A stretch of DNA of 64,000 nt. Origin: Octopus vulgaris. Its lineage: Eukaryota. Shown here in pieces: positions 29,233 to 45,220 of this stretch. The position numbers were made by a program, and so were the translations under genes. The stretch spans positions 17,794,001 through 17,858,000 of the forward strand of contig OX597814.1 of NCBI GenBank assembly GCA_951406725.2, in the 5' to 3' direction. The notes under the pieces were generated by a model, which was given only the letters and a program-made list of their open reading frames with translations, had not been told where the DNA came from and did not search any database. Numbering within the stretch: the stretch's first letter is position 1; each line of letters begins with the position of its first letter.

Positions 29233-29394
29233 ATGTGTGCGTGTGTATGTACATATGCATGTGTGTGTTTGTGTGCGTAGACACACCTAAATGTATACAT
29301 GTATATATGCATATATATATGTGTGTGTGTGTGTGCATATACATGTATGCATATATGAATATGTCTATGCCAATATATATGTATACACACACAT

Positions 29395-29443
<49 letters not shown>

Positions 29444-29816
29444 CATACATACATATATTTATTTATACACACATATATATATGTAATGTTTATGAATATG
29501 TATCGTGTATGCATGTATAGATGCGTATAATGTATATTTGTACGTGTGTATATAAATGTTTATGCATGTAGGTATGTAGCTACATAAATATGCATGTGTG
29601 TGTATGTGTATACACACATATATTTACATATATTATATGTAATATATTTACGATTGATGATATTATAGAAATAGAGTAACAAGATACACATGTGTTTTAA
29701 TATTATTGACATGTCTCCGAAGTGAAACATCAACAATACTGTATTTAGAAAATGATACCTGATAGACAAAGAACTATACATACATGCACACACACGCACA
29801 CACATACACACACACG

Positions 29817-29868
<52 letters not shown>

Positions 29869-29885
29869 AACATATGTATGTATGT

Positions 29886-29938
<53 letters not shown>

Positions 29939-29961
29939 GATATATAGGCAGACAGACAGAC

Positions 29962-30004
<43 letters not shown>

Positions 30005-30035
30005 AAGATAGATAGATATAGGCAGACAGACAGAC

Positions 30036-30119
<84 letters not shown>

Positions 30120-30626
30120 TGATTGATAAATAGATAGATAGAAATATGTATGTATGTATGTATATAAGTATGTATGTATTGCATATATGTATATACACTC
30201 TCATATATATATATATATATAGGCATATATTATTTCCATATATTATACATTATAAATGAATAGATTATATATACATGCATACACATGCAAATTCACACTA
30301 TTACTTATACAGTTAGACATATCTGAAAATAGATGCATACATATATACGAAACTATGAACATGGGCATATTCATAAGTTGAAAGAAAAAAAATACAAGTA
30401 AATAAACAGAAACTGTAAAAATTGAAGAGAAATATTATTTGGAAAGTGAAAGTTAGAAACACAAAAGGATATATGCAAATTTTGCAGTCTTTAAATTCAG
30501 TTTTCGATTCTTATATAAAAATATAAATGTTTTGTGAATATGAAAAATGTGGATATAAATAATCACGATAAACTACAGAAAAAAAAAGCAACAAATTCTA
30601 TACCTATGTCCATTATATCATATATG

Positions 30627-30716
<90 letters not shown>

Positions 30717-30940
30717 TTTATATATATATATATATAACGGGAAGCTTTATGAAAATAAACAAAAGACGAAGGCAGGTGGAGTACAAACAAGCAATTGTAT
30801 TAGTATGGCGCTCAGGGTGCATACGTACATATATACATACATACAGACAGACAGACACACAAACACACGGACATGAATATAAATGTATGTGTGTGTGTGG
30901 GTGAGTGGGAGAATTTATTTTATGTAATACGCATACTTAC

Positions 30941-31006
<66 letters not shown>

Positions 31007-31034
31007 ATATATCTTTAATATTGATATATATTTT

Positions 31035-31065
<31 letters not shown>

Positions 31066-32235
31066 CATATGTAAAATTGTTTACATATATAAACGCACTC
31101 TCACACATATATAAAAAGAAAGATTGCGAGATAGTGTGTGAGTTTGTGGGTGTTAGAAAGAAAAAGATTTAATTGAGCGAGAGGGAGTCTATGTGGGGAA
31201 TCGTATTCTCTCGTCAGTAAATAATTTGTAAAGAAATTATGATCGCAACATTGAGAGTATAGGCCAATACAAGCTGTATACCAATCGATTACATTCTCTC
31301 TCTCTTTCTCTCTCTCTCTCCATATATATATATATATACCATCAATGAAACCAAAAGATAGCAACTGAAGCTGATAGGAAAAATGTGGATATTTTCTCTT
31401 ATATGACTCCATACTTCCTTAAAATTATGAAATAATACATGGAATATTGTAGTCTTCGATAAGCTATGCCTGAATAAAGCAAAAACTCTTTCAAAGGAAA
31501 GGAAAATTAACCTAATGGTGCGGTCTGATATGCCTTTGATCATAAGCGACTCCACAGCGTTATCAGACGTGAGTGACCCAGGGCTAAACGGTAACAGCTT
31601 TATATGCGAAATGTTTCTGTTTAATAATATTTGTGTTCACATAGTTGTCTGTTCATAACTAATGTATGGAATCAAAGATATGACCCTTCAATGGCGATGG
31701 CTGCATCTAATGTATATGTGTATAATGAAAAGTTCAAGAGTGATTCCTATGTTTCGCTATTCTTCCATGTTTGTCAAAAGAGTTCGACGGAACCAACGAA
31801 CGTAGAGTCTTCGAAGTCATAAGTAACATTTGCATTTCAAAAATAAATTTGATATCGTATTGAAACGATTTGAGTTATTTTTCAAGGCAAATTTCAAAGC
31901 TTTTATGCATACATACATACATACATACATACATATACGTGTATCTACACACCCTTGCACATATACACATACATATATACATATGTACATACAAGTATAC
32001 ACTCACACATGTATACTTGTATGTGTGTACGTATGTATGTATGTATGCATGTATGTATGTATGTATGACATTATTCAGTTTTATGTCAAGATTTCTTGCC
32101 AATAGAGAAAGAGCCGGTTTCTAACCTAGATCCAAGACTCCTTCATTGAAATATCAACATCAACAACAGGGTATTTTTGTATGTACGTATGTATGTATGT
32201 ATGTATGAATGTATGTATGTATGTATGTATGTATG

Positions 32236-32266
<31 letters not shown>

Positions 32267-32680
32267 GTATGTATGTATGTATATATGTATGTATGTTTGT
32301 AAACGTAGTTGTGTTTTGATAATTTGAAATACAAATCGTACCTTTTTAGAAATAAGCATGATTTCCGTCTAGCGTGATTAGAAAAATGTAATAATATCAG
32401 AGCCAAACTAATTTCTTGTCTTCTTAGAGGCTCATCAGAGGAAAAATACTGATCTTCTGTTCCCAGAAAGCTTAACAGTCTCAGCGTAACTTCTCTCTAT
32501 ATATCCTATAAGTTATATAGATATGAAACTGTAACACCGACAGCTTGTTGAGCTATTGTGCACTCTAACAAGTTTCAAATCTCGTTTAGATGAATCTAGC
32601 TGATCCTGCCTAGAATGATGTATGCCTGTCTACCATAATACATACAAACATACATAATACATATATACATACATACACAC

Positions 32681-32734
<54 letters not shown>

Positions 32735-32867
32735 ACATACATGCATACATACATACGTAGCTACATACTTACATACACACACACATATATAAACACATTC
32801 ACATAAATGTGTATGCATATACATACATACATACATACATATATACATACATACATACATACATACA

Positions 32868-32901
<34 letters not shown>

Positions 32902-33274
32902 CATACATACCTGCATGCATACATATATTAACTGTTTTTTAATGGTATAATAACGTTGATTGTCCGTGCTTGCTTTGCGTTTCGGAGCAGAAATTTAGTT
33001 TCTATGGTCCCCACGTGACTGACACGAATGGATAACCGCCAACAAAACGAACCGTCATTCACCTTTCTCCCAAAATAACGTAGCGTGGGGGTGGGGGAAT
33101 AAAACAGTAAAAAATACCAGACTAAGCATGAAGAAGAACACCTAAACGAACAAAGCAATGACTACAAGAGAAGCTCGATAAGGTTGCTCGCTTGACCAAA
33201 TCCCCCTTAAGTTACACCAAAAAAATAAGTAAGAAAAGAATAATTTAATTATGTAGTCCAAGATACATCTAGCT

Positions 33275-33985
33275 AGCACTCCGTCGGTTATGATGACGAG
33301 TGTTCCAGTTGATCCGACAAATGGAACAGTTTGCTCGTGAAATTAACGGGTAAGTGGTTGAGCACTCCACAGACACGTGTACACTTATCGTAGTTCCCAA
33401 TGAGATCCAGCGTGACACAGAATGTGACAAGGCTGGCCCTTTGCAATATAGGTTCTATTTATTTTTGGCAGCTGAGTGCACTGGTTCAGCATCAAATAAA
33501 GTGTCTTGCTCAAGGACACAATGTGTCGCCGGGATCAGAACTCACAACTTTACGATCTATTTCTTTACTGCCTACAAGGGGCTAAACACAGAGGGGACAA
33601 ACAAACGGATTAAGTCGATTATGTCGACCCCAATGCGTAACTGGTACTTAATTTATCGACCCCGAAAGGATGAAAGGCAAAGTTGACCTCGGCGGAATTT
33701 GAACTCAGAACGTAGCGACGGGCGAAATACCTATTTCTTTATTACCCACAAGGGGCTAAACACAGAGGGGACAAACAAAGACAGACAAACGGATTAAGTC
33801 GATTATGTCGACCCCAATGCGTAACTGGTACTTAATTTATCGACCCCGAAAGGACGAAAGGCAAAGTTGACCTCGGCGGAATTTGAACTCAGAACGTAGC
33901 GACGGGCGAAATACCGCTTAGCATTTCGCCCGGCATGCTAACGATTCGTGAGCCGAATACACGAAACACTAAACCACGCACCATG
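33275..33985 (-). mobile_element. SINE head B + tail 1, interrupted by a tandem dimer of SINE C (33557-33946)
   Basis: B sequence stops at tttacgat (33556) and resumes at cgtgagccgaa (33947); two head-to-tail C units join at 33730/33731. Confidence 0.85.
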
Positions 33986-34666
33986 CAAGATACATACATC
34001 ATACTTGAAATAAAAAGGAGAAAAAAAAAATAATCATGTGGAGAATGTCACGTTTGGAACATCTTTGGTCATAGGTCTCTTCGATCAATTCTGATCTGCA
34101 CCTAAACAGCAACTCCATTGTGCAATTCATTCTGGTTGCTCCGTCTCTTAAAGAGTTAATATGTATTGCTGTTCTGTCTGTTCTGTTAGCTTTCATTTTC
34201 GTTTCTTAACTGTAATATTCCCTTCTTTCATCTTTTTTTACAATTTTCATCCATTTCTTCTATCGTCTGCTTCGTTCATTTTATTTCCTTTCAATGTCTC
34301 CTATCTTCCTTCTGTGATGTTATTGTCTTCATTTCCAGTCTTTCTTTTCTTCGTCTTCTCTCCCCCCCCCCTTCTTCCTCACTTCTTACAAATTTTCTGC
34401 GATCCAATATGAATATTTTCTATTCTTCATTCACTCACTTATCTTGCTTTCCCTTCTGTTAATCTGTTCCAAGACTGGCAGAAAGGCTTACGGCACTATA
34501 GACGCTCTCGACCTTCTAGAAATAAAAGTCAAATCGCCCTTAAATCGAACAACCATCTGAAATAAAGCAATAACGCATTCATTATATAATGTGGACCTAC
34601 ACAATTTTAAGACGGGGTGGATAGGACTGGGCTAAAATGAGTGATAGTTCTGCTCGATCAAGTAAT

Positions 34667-34717
<51 letters not shown>

Positions 34718-34998
34718 TAAAACTAAATGAAGATCTATCTATCTATCTATTTATCTATCTGTATGTCTGTCTTTCTGTCTGTCTATCTGTCTGTCTATAT
34801 ATCTGTCTATATATTTATCTAGCTATCTAGTTGTCTATCATCGTCTTTAACTTTCTATCTCTCGTTCACGTTCTCCTTCTCTCTCTCTCTTTTTCTCTCT
34901 TCTTCTCGCTCTCGTTCTCTTTATTCCCCTCTCTCTCTCTCTTTCTCCCCTCTTTTCACTCTCTCTCATTATGTATTTCTTTTCTGTTTTCTTAACTG

Positions 34999-35035
<37 letters not shown>

Positions 35036-35225
35036 TTTTTTTTTTCCTCTCCCCCTTTTTTTTTAACCCCCCCTTTTTTGTCCCCTTTCTCTCATTTTAC
35101 GATCCCTTTTGATCGAAACTCCCCCCTTCCTTTTTTTTTTTTTTTTTTTTAACCCTTCAAAAGAAAAGCTCTACCTTGTAATTTGTTCTATCTGTGTGCA
35201 GCCCTGTGTGGCTAATAAAGAAACA

Positions 35226-35292
<67 letters not shown>

Positions 35293-35316
35293 TTACCTCT
35301 CTCTCTCCCTCTCTCC

Positions 35317-35362
<46 letters not shown>

Positions 35363-35553
35363 CGATCTATTATTTCATCACTTCCTCTATTCTCTGAGGC
35401 CTCGTCTTTTGTCCCGCCCTGTCCCCACCTTGTTTCTCCTCTTTTAAATCCCCCAGTTTCTCCCTACACTCACCCTAAAACTACTCCTGCACCGCCGCCA
35501 TCTTTACTACTACTACTACTACTACCACCACCAATACTACTACTACTACTACA

Positions 35554-35609
<56 letters not shown>

Positions 35610-35966
35610 CACCACCACCACCAAAACCACCACCACCACCACCACCACTACCACCACTACTACTGCTACTATCCAATCTTGTTGCAGATCGCTGTAGTGG
35701 TGGGTGTATGCTAGGTCACAGATCGAATGCGCTGCTGGAATGAGTAATAAAAGAACAAACTGAATACGAAGGAATTAATCAATGAAGCGTAGAGAAACAC
35801 CTGTTACATATAAGTCAGCAAAATTGCCAGAGTTCCCTTTCAGAGGCAGCAGCGGTGGTGGCAGGAGCGGCGTTGACAGTAGTGGCGGTGGCAGCAAATG
35901 GCGGCGACAACAGCGACGTCAGCAGCAGCAGCAGCTGTAGTAGTAGTAGTATTAGTAGTAGTATTA

Positions 35967-36082
<116 letters not shown>

Positions 36083-36108
36083 GGTGGTGGTGGTGGTGGT
36101 AGTAGTAT

Positions 36109-36159
<51 letters not shown>

Positions 36160-36430
36160 GTTTTGTTTTGTTTTTTTGTTGTCTGGCATACACGAATCCA
36201 AGGAAAATGGTTAGATAAATGAATAAATATATAAATACACACAAAATAATATGATTGCTTATAAAAGCATTAAGTCAAAGGTTGCTTCTCTTAAAACAAA
36301 AATAAAAAAAAAAAGAAATTCTCAACAGAATATGAAATGTCATGTTGTAATCCTCCTTTTACTTTCTTACACACACACACGCAAAACCACACAAACACAC
36401 ACACACATGTACACACATGCACATACGCAT

Positions 36431-36525
<95 letters not shown>

Positions 36526-36587
36526 TAAATACCTGTGTGTTTGTCAGCGCACGCATGTTGTAAAATCATTTTTATTGACTCCGAATG

Positions 36588-36617
<30 letters not shown>

Positions 36618-36620
<3 letters not shown>

Positions 36621-36665
36621 TTTTACCCCAGTGTCACTTTGATGGCATGTACTGCTCTCTCACTC
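36618..36665 (+). mobile_element. Extreme 3' fragment of element E inside an (ATA)n array
   Basis: ttttaccccagtgtcactttgatggcatgtactgctctctcactc with (TAA)n on both sides. Confidence 0.85.
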
Positions 36666-36715
<50 letters not shown>

Positions 36716-37581
36716 CAACAACAACAACAATAATAATAGCATTGATGATTATGATGATCTTAATGATCATGTTGATTTCTACTGGAAATTTTGAGAAAAG
36801 CTGTGCTCCAGCATGACCGCAGTCAAATGACTGAAACGAATAATAGAAAGTAAAAGAAAGTGGAGGCTTGTTGATTTCATTGACCCATGCACTCAACTGG
36901 TGCCTATTTTATCGCGACAGGATGAATGGCAAATGATGATGATGATGAGAAGCGGAGGAGGAGGAGGAAGATGCAATACTGTATTTTCCCTAAGGTCCTA
37001 GGAAAGTTCTCTATATTGGCCAAAAATGAGAAATAAAAATTAAATATTCATTATAACTAAATTTTGTATCATATACTACTGTATACCGTATTAATGACTT
37101 TTCTCAATTGAAAGCAACAAAAATGGCCGCTATGTTATCTTCAATTTAATGGAATTTTAGAAATAACGGACACATCGTCTCACCATTAATCGGTTAAATC
37201 GAAGGTTTGCCGTATATAGGCAAGGGAAAGATAACGAAATGCTGATGACCTTTGCATGGAACCACACCCCACCGTTTACAGGTTTGCGCGACATATGTCA
37301 TTGATCGCTAGCCTTAACGTCTGCCGATCAATTAATCCGTTTAGGCAAAGTGAGTGTTGGAATGCTTGCTAAAGACACTCAGTGAAGCCAAGTCTAGGAT
37401 GTTAAACCGGGTTGCGTTTTAGTTCTGTATTTTTAGAGATTGCAATTTCTGTAAATTCATTCAATGGTGGCAAAGTCCTCTGGAAAGTTCTTCGTAATCT
37501 AGCAGAGCTATTATCAAAAGTATTTCAGCCTTGACCAGCCATATTATTTTCAGAAAAGAAAAGGGAAAGAAATACTATAAT

Positions 37582-37736
37582 TGGCTGTGTGTTAAGTAGC
37601 TTGCTTGCCAAACACATGGTTACGAGTTTGGTCCCACTGCGTGGCACCTTGGACAAGTGTCTTCTACTGTAGCTTCGGAGCGACCAAAGCTTTGTGAGTA
37701 GATTTGGTGGACGGAACCAGAAAGAATCCCTTCGTG

Positions 37737-37794
<58 letters not shown>

Positions 37795-37919
37795 TGTGCG
37801 TGTGTATGTATTTGTGTGTGTGTGTATGTATATGTTTGTGTGTCTGTATTTGTTCCACTAAAGGCGGTGCTCCAGTATGGCCGAAGTCATAACTGAAACA
37901 AATATAAGAATAAAAGAGT
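37582..37919 (+). mobile_element. SINE family D, internal deletion and expanded (TG)n
   Basis: Head and tail blocks present; mid-body absent at ttgttcc|actaaaggcggtgctcc. Confidence 0.8.
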
Positions 37920-38562
37920 GTATCGTTCCTTTAAAATTGTAGAATAACACTTGAAAATTTGGCTGCTTTTCCTTGCAGACCCCGTAAAATTTCTCTCGTT
38001 GTCTCTTAGTATATTTATATGAAGCCACAATGACGGACGCTATTCCTCTTTGAACTATATTCATGATTATGGGAGATTATAGCAGGGTTGAAATGTGGCA
38101 CGATAGAGCAGTAGCTTTTCTGTTGACTTCAGCCAGGGATAATGACAAGACACCGATGGCGATGTACAATTATGATGCCTTGGGATGGAACTTTTAACAC
38201 ATCAGGTACTTCTGACAGGTAAATAGCTCCCATACTGCGAGTTCTATCGAGCGTGGGTTCAATTTGATAGAAATCGCAATTCAAAATATGTATTAGAACT
38301 AATCGTCGCGACGTTATGAACAGATTACAGCGGAGTTCACCCCAGTTCCTGTTAAACAAAAGGAAGCGTGTCATCAACTTTGAAAGAGGGTGTGTTCTAT
38401 ATTAAATGACATTCGTTTCGACAAGCAGTATTCAAGGTTTATAAATAGCATATGTAAAATCAATAGAAAAAGCGTAGAGACGAATTAGCAGTTCAGTCTT
38501 TACTCATACACACGCGCGCACACATAAGCATATTCAGAGTGAATCAGAGAGAGAAAAAGAGA

Positions 38563-38603
<41 letters not shown>

Positions 38604-38725
38604 TGTGCGTGTGTAGGTAGGTAGGTTAACTATATAATTAAATCTAAATAATGGTTTCACGCAGGTATCAGAAACATACTTTAGCGGCCACAGACATTCA
38701 TATGATGTTACATTGCAACACATTG

Positions 38726-39022
38726 GGGAGGCACATGGCCTAGTGGTTAGAGCAGTGGACTCGCAGTCAGGCGATCTAGGGTTCGAATTTCAGACCGGGC
38801 GATGTGTGTGTTTATGAGCGAAACACATAAGCTCCACGCAGCTCCGGCAGAATGTAATGGCGAACTTCTGCTGACTCTTTTGCCACAACTTTCTCCCACT
38901 CTTTCTTCCTGCATTTTGCAGCTCACCTGCGACGGACCGGCGTCCCGTCCAGGTGGGGAACCTATGCGCCAAGGAAACCGGTAAACCGGCCCTTATGAAC
39001 CAGGCATGGCTCGAGAAGGAAC
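38726..39022 (+). mobile_element. tRNA-derived SINE, head A + tail 2
   Basis: Full-length homologue of 1386-1667 with A and B boxes. Confidence 0.9.
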
Positions 39023-39101
39023 ATTTCAACACAAGCGTATTTTGTGAACTTTAAATATTATGGAAGTAAACCACAGCATACATACTCGTTCTGTGTTTAG
39101 A

Positions 39102-39500
39102 GTGGTAAGTAGCTTGCTAACCAAGCACATGGTTCCGGGTTCAGTCCCACTGCGAAGCATCTTGGGCAAGTGTCTTCTGCTATAGCCTCGGGCCGACCAA
39201 TGCCTTGTGAGTGGATTTGGTAGACGGAAACTGAAAGAAGCCTGTCGTATATATATATATGTGTGTGTGTGTGTATGTGTGTTTGTGTGTCTGTGTTTGT
39301 CCCCCAAGCATTGTTTGACAACTGATGCTGGCGTGTTTACGTCCCCGTTACTTAGCGGTTCGGCAAAAGAGACCGATAGAATAAGTACTGGGCTTACAAA
39401 AAGAATAAGTTCCCCGGGGGTCGATTTGCTCGACTAAAGACGGTGCTCCAGCATGGCCGCAGTCAAATGACTTGAAACAAGTAAAAGAGAGTAAAGAGTA
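39102..39500 (+). mobile_element. SINE family D
   Basis: Highly similar to the reverse complements of 45408-45838 and 46985-47372; ends in aaagagagtaaagagta repeats. Confidence 0.9.
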
Positions 39501-39898
39501 TAAGAACACACAAACATATGTATAAATAAATACATATGATACGCGTTTAGCTATTTAAGTTATGTCATCTCGACTCCTCCCCTATTATGCATCAGGTGAA
39601 ACCAGCCGTTTACTAAGTAAATTACCAGGTAGGTTGTTAAGCTGCACCATTATTAGTTTCCATAGTCATGTTAACGTCCAACACATTTGCAGTTGCAAAA
39701 AAACTTGGATTAAACTATAGTATTACTACAGCACGTTAATTAGTGTACTAGTAGTAGACTATTTAACTATTACGTAACCAAATACCTGGAGTGGAGCATT
39801 CCCGCGTAACGACTAACTCAAACACACACACACCTCTTCGTACAAGCATATCTGAATAAACACACTCTCTTACATGCGCGCAAGGACGCACGTACGCA

Positions 39899-39947
<49 letters not shown>

Positions 39948-40301
39948 ACACAGACACACACACACAAACAAACAAACATATTTATTAGTAGATAAAAGCT
40001 TGAACACGGCGGGCGTGTGTGCTCGTGTTTGCAAACACAACCACCTACACACTCACGAAGAGTAAGGGAAAAAAAGTCAGAGAGAGAGAGAGAGAGAGGG
40101 AGGAAGTCAGAGAGAGAGAGAGAGTAAGTCAGAGAAAGAGAGGAAGTCAGAGAGAGAGAAAAAGTTAGAGAGAGAGAGAGAGAGGGAAAGTTACAGAGGG
40201 ATAGAGAGGCAAAGAGTGAGATAAACGCTTTTGTAAATGCAACAAAAGTATTACTTCGTGCAACGTATTAGCAAAGTGCTCAATAAAAGATGAATTTTCA
40301 G

Positions 40302-40704
40302 AGGTGCAGGGGACTGGCTGTGTGGTAAGTAGCTACAAACCACATGGTTCTAGGTTCAGTCCCACTGCGTGGCACCTTGGGAAAATGTCTTCTACTAAAA
40401 CCTCGGGCCGACCAAAGCCTTGCGAGTGGATTTGGTAGACGGAAACTGAAAGAAGCCCATCGTATATATGTATATGTATATATGTGTGTGTGTGTGTGTT
40501 TGTGTGTGTGTTTGTCCTCACTCCACAACATCTCTTGACAACCGATGCTGGTGTATTTACGTCCCCGTAACTTAGCGGTTCGGCAAATGAGACCGATAGA
40601 ATAAGTACTAGGCTTACAAAGAATAAGTCCCGGGTTCGATTTCCTCGACTAAGTCGGTGCTCCAGCATGGCCGCAGTCAAATGTCTGAGACGTTTGAAAG
40701 AGTA
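40302..40704 (+). mobile_element. SINE family D
   Basis: Full head-body-tail match to other D copies. Confidence 0.9.
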
Positions 40705-42401
40705 AATACTTCGTAAGTACATACAAATATATATATAAAAAAAACCCCACAGATTACCATCGTCAGAAGCCAATCGAAAGATCTAATAGTGAATTAGTAA
40801 TATTGCTTACTACCTTTTCTATTTGCCTGGGTAAGATACGGGTATATAGTTTTGTACTCTTACCGATAAAAGTACTGTAGATGAAAGATGTTATCAAACA
40901 TGACTTAATCTAATGCTTAAACAAAATGCAAAGAACGTACAAATAAAAAACAAACAAAAAATGTGAGAGAATACAGTAATTGAATAGATAAATAAATAAA
41001 TAAAATAACTGCTTAATAAGTTTTAACACTAACGTTTCGAGTACAACTTGTGTAAAACAAAAGCGATCTCCCCTCTATCTCTATCTCTCTCTTTCATTCT
41101 TTCTGTCTCTTTCTCTTTCTCTCTCACTCGCTCGGTTTACTTATAGGTAAGAATGTATGAATGTATGTATGTACGAATGTATGTAAGAATGTATATATAT
41201 ATGTATGCATGTATGTATGGATGGATGTATGTATGTATGTATGAATGTATGTATGTATGTATGTATGTATGTACGAATGTATGTAAGAATGTATATATAT
41301 GTATGCATGTATGTATATATGTATGCATGTATGTATGGATGTATGTATGTATGTATGTATGTATGAATATATGAATGTATGTATGTACGAATGTATGTAA
41401 GAATGTATATATATGTATGCATGTATGTATGTATGCATGTATGGATGTATGTATGTATGTATGTATGTATGTATGTATGTATGTACGTATGTGTCTGTAT
41501 GTATGTATGTGCGTGTATACATATAAATTTATACATACACACACATACATTTATCTATGTTTGTATGTATGTGTGTATATGTGTATATGTGTGTGTATGT
41601 ATGTATGTATGTATGTATGTATGTATGTATGTATGTATGTATGTATGTGTGTGCGCGCGCGTGTCTACCTGTGGGCTTGTGCCTGTGTCACTGTATTCAT
41701 GTGACTTCATGTAGTAAGCTTTCTCTGTATCATTACTTTGTTTTAATTGACGCTTCACTAGTTTCGGGCACAAATATACCTCTGTCACATTTGGATAACT
41801 CTATTCCAAAGAGCCATCCTTGTGCACCGTCTGGCTATTTCTTACTTCACGCTTGTAGTCAGGAAACAAAACAGCTGAATTTTCATTATGAAACTTTACA
41901 GTGAACAGCGTCTCGGATCAGGTTTTACGAAAGTATTCTGTCTGATACGACATGTTAAATCAATGTCATGAATTTATGAACCAGCGTGGTAACTTCTTAC
42001 ATAGCCGCCCGCCTTGTTAGACATAGCATCAGGTATCCCTCAACTTGTACCATATTGTGTTTATAAATAAGAAACTACATATTTAATAATGAATCTGTTT
42101 GACGAGTAGTAAGCAAATTAGCCATAATCATGATTTTGCAAGCACAAATTAAATTGTCTATAGACGAAATTATACGAAATAATCTCACAGTAAGATAAAT
42201 GCACGTCAAACATACTTTCACACTCAATGTTTGAATATAGCATGCATTTACAAATACCTTTATTTATAGATACAAGCGGTATCCCGATGTGCGCGCGAAA
42301 CGCTATATGTCCTATAAAGCTTTGAATACCACAGCTGTTTCCTGCTTATTTTACGCAAGCACACGCGTGCATGTACATCCACCCATACATACATACGTAC
42401 A

Positions 42402-42460
<59 letters not shown>

Positions 42461-42646
42461 CATATAAGAGACCGAAGTGTACGTACGCTGCTATATATAT
42501 ACACACACACACACACATACATATAAATATAATACAGAATGGGACAAGAACACAAAACATCTAGATAGACGATACAAAGAATACAAGAACGGATCATTCG
42601 GAGTTTTCTTTCCTCAGTCGAGTTCTTTGCAATTTCGAATCTGTGT

Positions 42647-42766
<120 letters not shown>

Positions 42767-42830
42767 CTATATGTCTATATGTATATATATATATATATGT
42801 GTGTGTGTATATATATGTCTATATTTATAT

Positions 42831-42883
<53 letters not shown>

Positions 42884-43293
42884 TATGTATGTGTGTATGT
42901 ATGTATGTATGTATACATAACAAATTATGCTCAAAATAGACGTAAAACACCTTGTCTTTATAGACGATGTCTTAGTGAATAGAAAGATACCGCATATAAC
43001 GATAAGGTTTTTGAATACGCTTATAGATATATTATTGTATAAAAATCTATGGATATATTCTGAAGTAAAGTATTCAAGCAGCCATACACGCGCTCAGACG
43101 CCGAACACGCGCATACTGTTAAATGCTGACGCATACATACAGTAGCACATACAACCAAGGACTCATCGGTCATTCATTCTCTAACCATCTATCTTAGGTA
43201 TTTATCCATTCATTGTCCCATTCTTTTATCAATGTATCTATCTCTCTGGCCGTTCGTATGAATGTCCACCCTTAGTTGTGTGTGTGTTTGTGT

Positions 43294-43354
<61 letters not shown>

Positions 43355-43493
43355 TGTGTGTGTTTGTGTGTGTGTTTTATAAGGATTTATATTGCCAAAC
43401 TCGAACTGAAACTACGGTATTCCACAATGGGTGCCAGCGTCATTATGCTTGTGCGTGCGAGTAATGTATTCATGTGGTGTGTGTGTGTGTGTG

Positions 43494-43569
<76 letters not shown>

Positions 43570-43762
43570 TGTGTGTGTTTTGTATGCAAGTGAATAGTGC
43601 GTTTGTTGTGTTTGTCTGATTTGATAGATAGCTTTTTGTGTCGTTTTCTGGTTATTCACCTGTTGATCTGAGAAATGAATGGGTTGTAAGAAAGAGAAAG
43701 AAAGAAAGTACGTGCGAGAGCGAGCGAGCGATAGATAGGGACAGAGATACATAGATTAAAGG

Positions 43763-43798
<36 letters not shown>

Positions 43799-44038
43799 GA
43801 TAGAGAGTGAAGGATTTGCATAGAAGAATGTCTACACATGAATTGCCATACAAAATGTTATTCTATCTACGCGATGGGTACATAACCAACAAGGTTCGCG
43901 TCTGGTTGGTTGGTTGGCTGGTTGGCGGGTAGGTGGGATGCTTTATTGTGGCTAGCGTTGGAGCACAGCGAAGCGAATGTGGTGGCGGAAAAATGGGATG
44001 TACTTACAACATAATAAAGCAGATAGTCATGAATAGAA

Positions 44039-44161
<123 letters not shown>

Positions 44162-44988
44162 TAAAAGAAGGGAGATAACGGATGTGAATAGAGAAAATAA
44201 AAGAAAATGTATAAATATCGAAAGGAAGAGAGATTTTGTCGTAAAATCACGGAGAGATTGAGAGTTATTATGTGGAAGAGGAGGAGGAAGAGGAGAAGAA
44301 GAAGAAGAAGAAGGAGGAGGAGGAGGAGGAGAAGAAGAAGAAGGAGGAGGAGGAGGAGAAGAAGAAGAAGAAGAAGAAGAAGAAGAAGAAGAAGAAGAAG
44401 AAGAAGAAGAAGAAGAAGAAGAAGAAGAAGAAGAAGACGACGACGACGACGACGACGACGACCGACGACGGACTTCTCTTGACGTACTGTTCATTCATTC
44501 ATTCATTGATCAGAAGAGGCATATGTCTAGAAATGTGTGGAAAACAAATGATTCAAGGAGAACAATGACCACCTTACGAGTCTGAGATGCCATCAACAAT
44601 ATATACGACGATGCGTTGGTTTGCTCGCCGTTTTGGTGTTCAAGCGTTGATAAAATTTGCAAAACAACCTCATTAATAACTTCCCTATAGATTTCATATA
44701 TCTATTCACCTTTCTTTCAAAATCTATTTGAATCAGATCTTTTATTTATATTTTTCTCGTCTCTTTTTTTCTTCTTCTCAGTTTCTTCCCTATTTCTTTT
44801 GTTTTGAACAGAAACCCCGCCCTCCCCTCAAGAAATTCAGTGTGTCGAACGAGTTTAGTTTTAGCGCCAAATGAATGTAGGTTTACTACATATACATAAA
44901 TACATACATACATACGTATGTATGTATGTATGTATGTATGTATGTATGTATGTATGTATGTATGTATGTGTGTGTGTGTATGTATGTA

Positions 44989-45023
<35 letters not shown>

Positions 45024-45220
45024 GTGTGTATGTATGTAAGGACGCAGGACGCATATATGTAAGCATACATATAATTATATATGTATGCATGATTGTACGT
45101 TTGTACGTATGTACGTACAGATTGGTATATAGATAAATAAATCGATTGACTGAGTGATCGATTGGTTGATGGATGGATGGACAGATATTAATATATATCT
45201 TTATATTTACATTTTTTGCG

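Noticed and set aside
32395-32450. CTGATGA...GAAA on the minus strand as a hammerhead
   Set aside because: Stems II and III do not pair convincingly.
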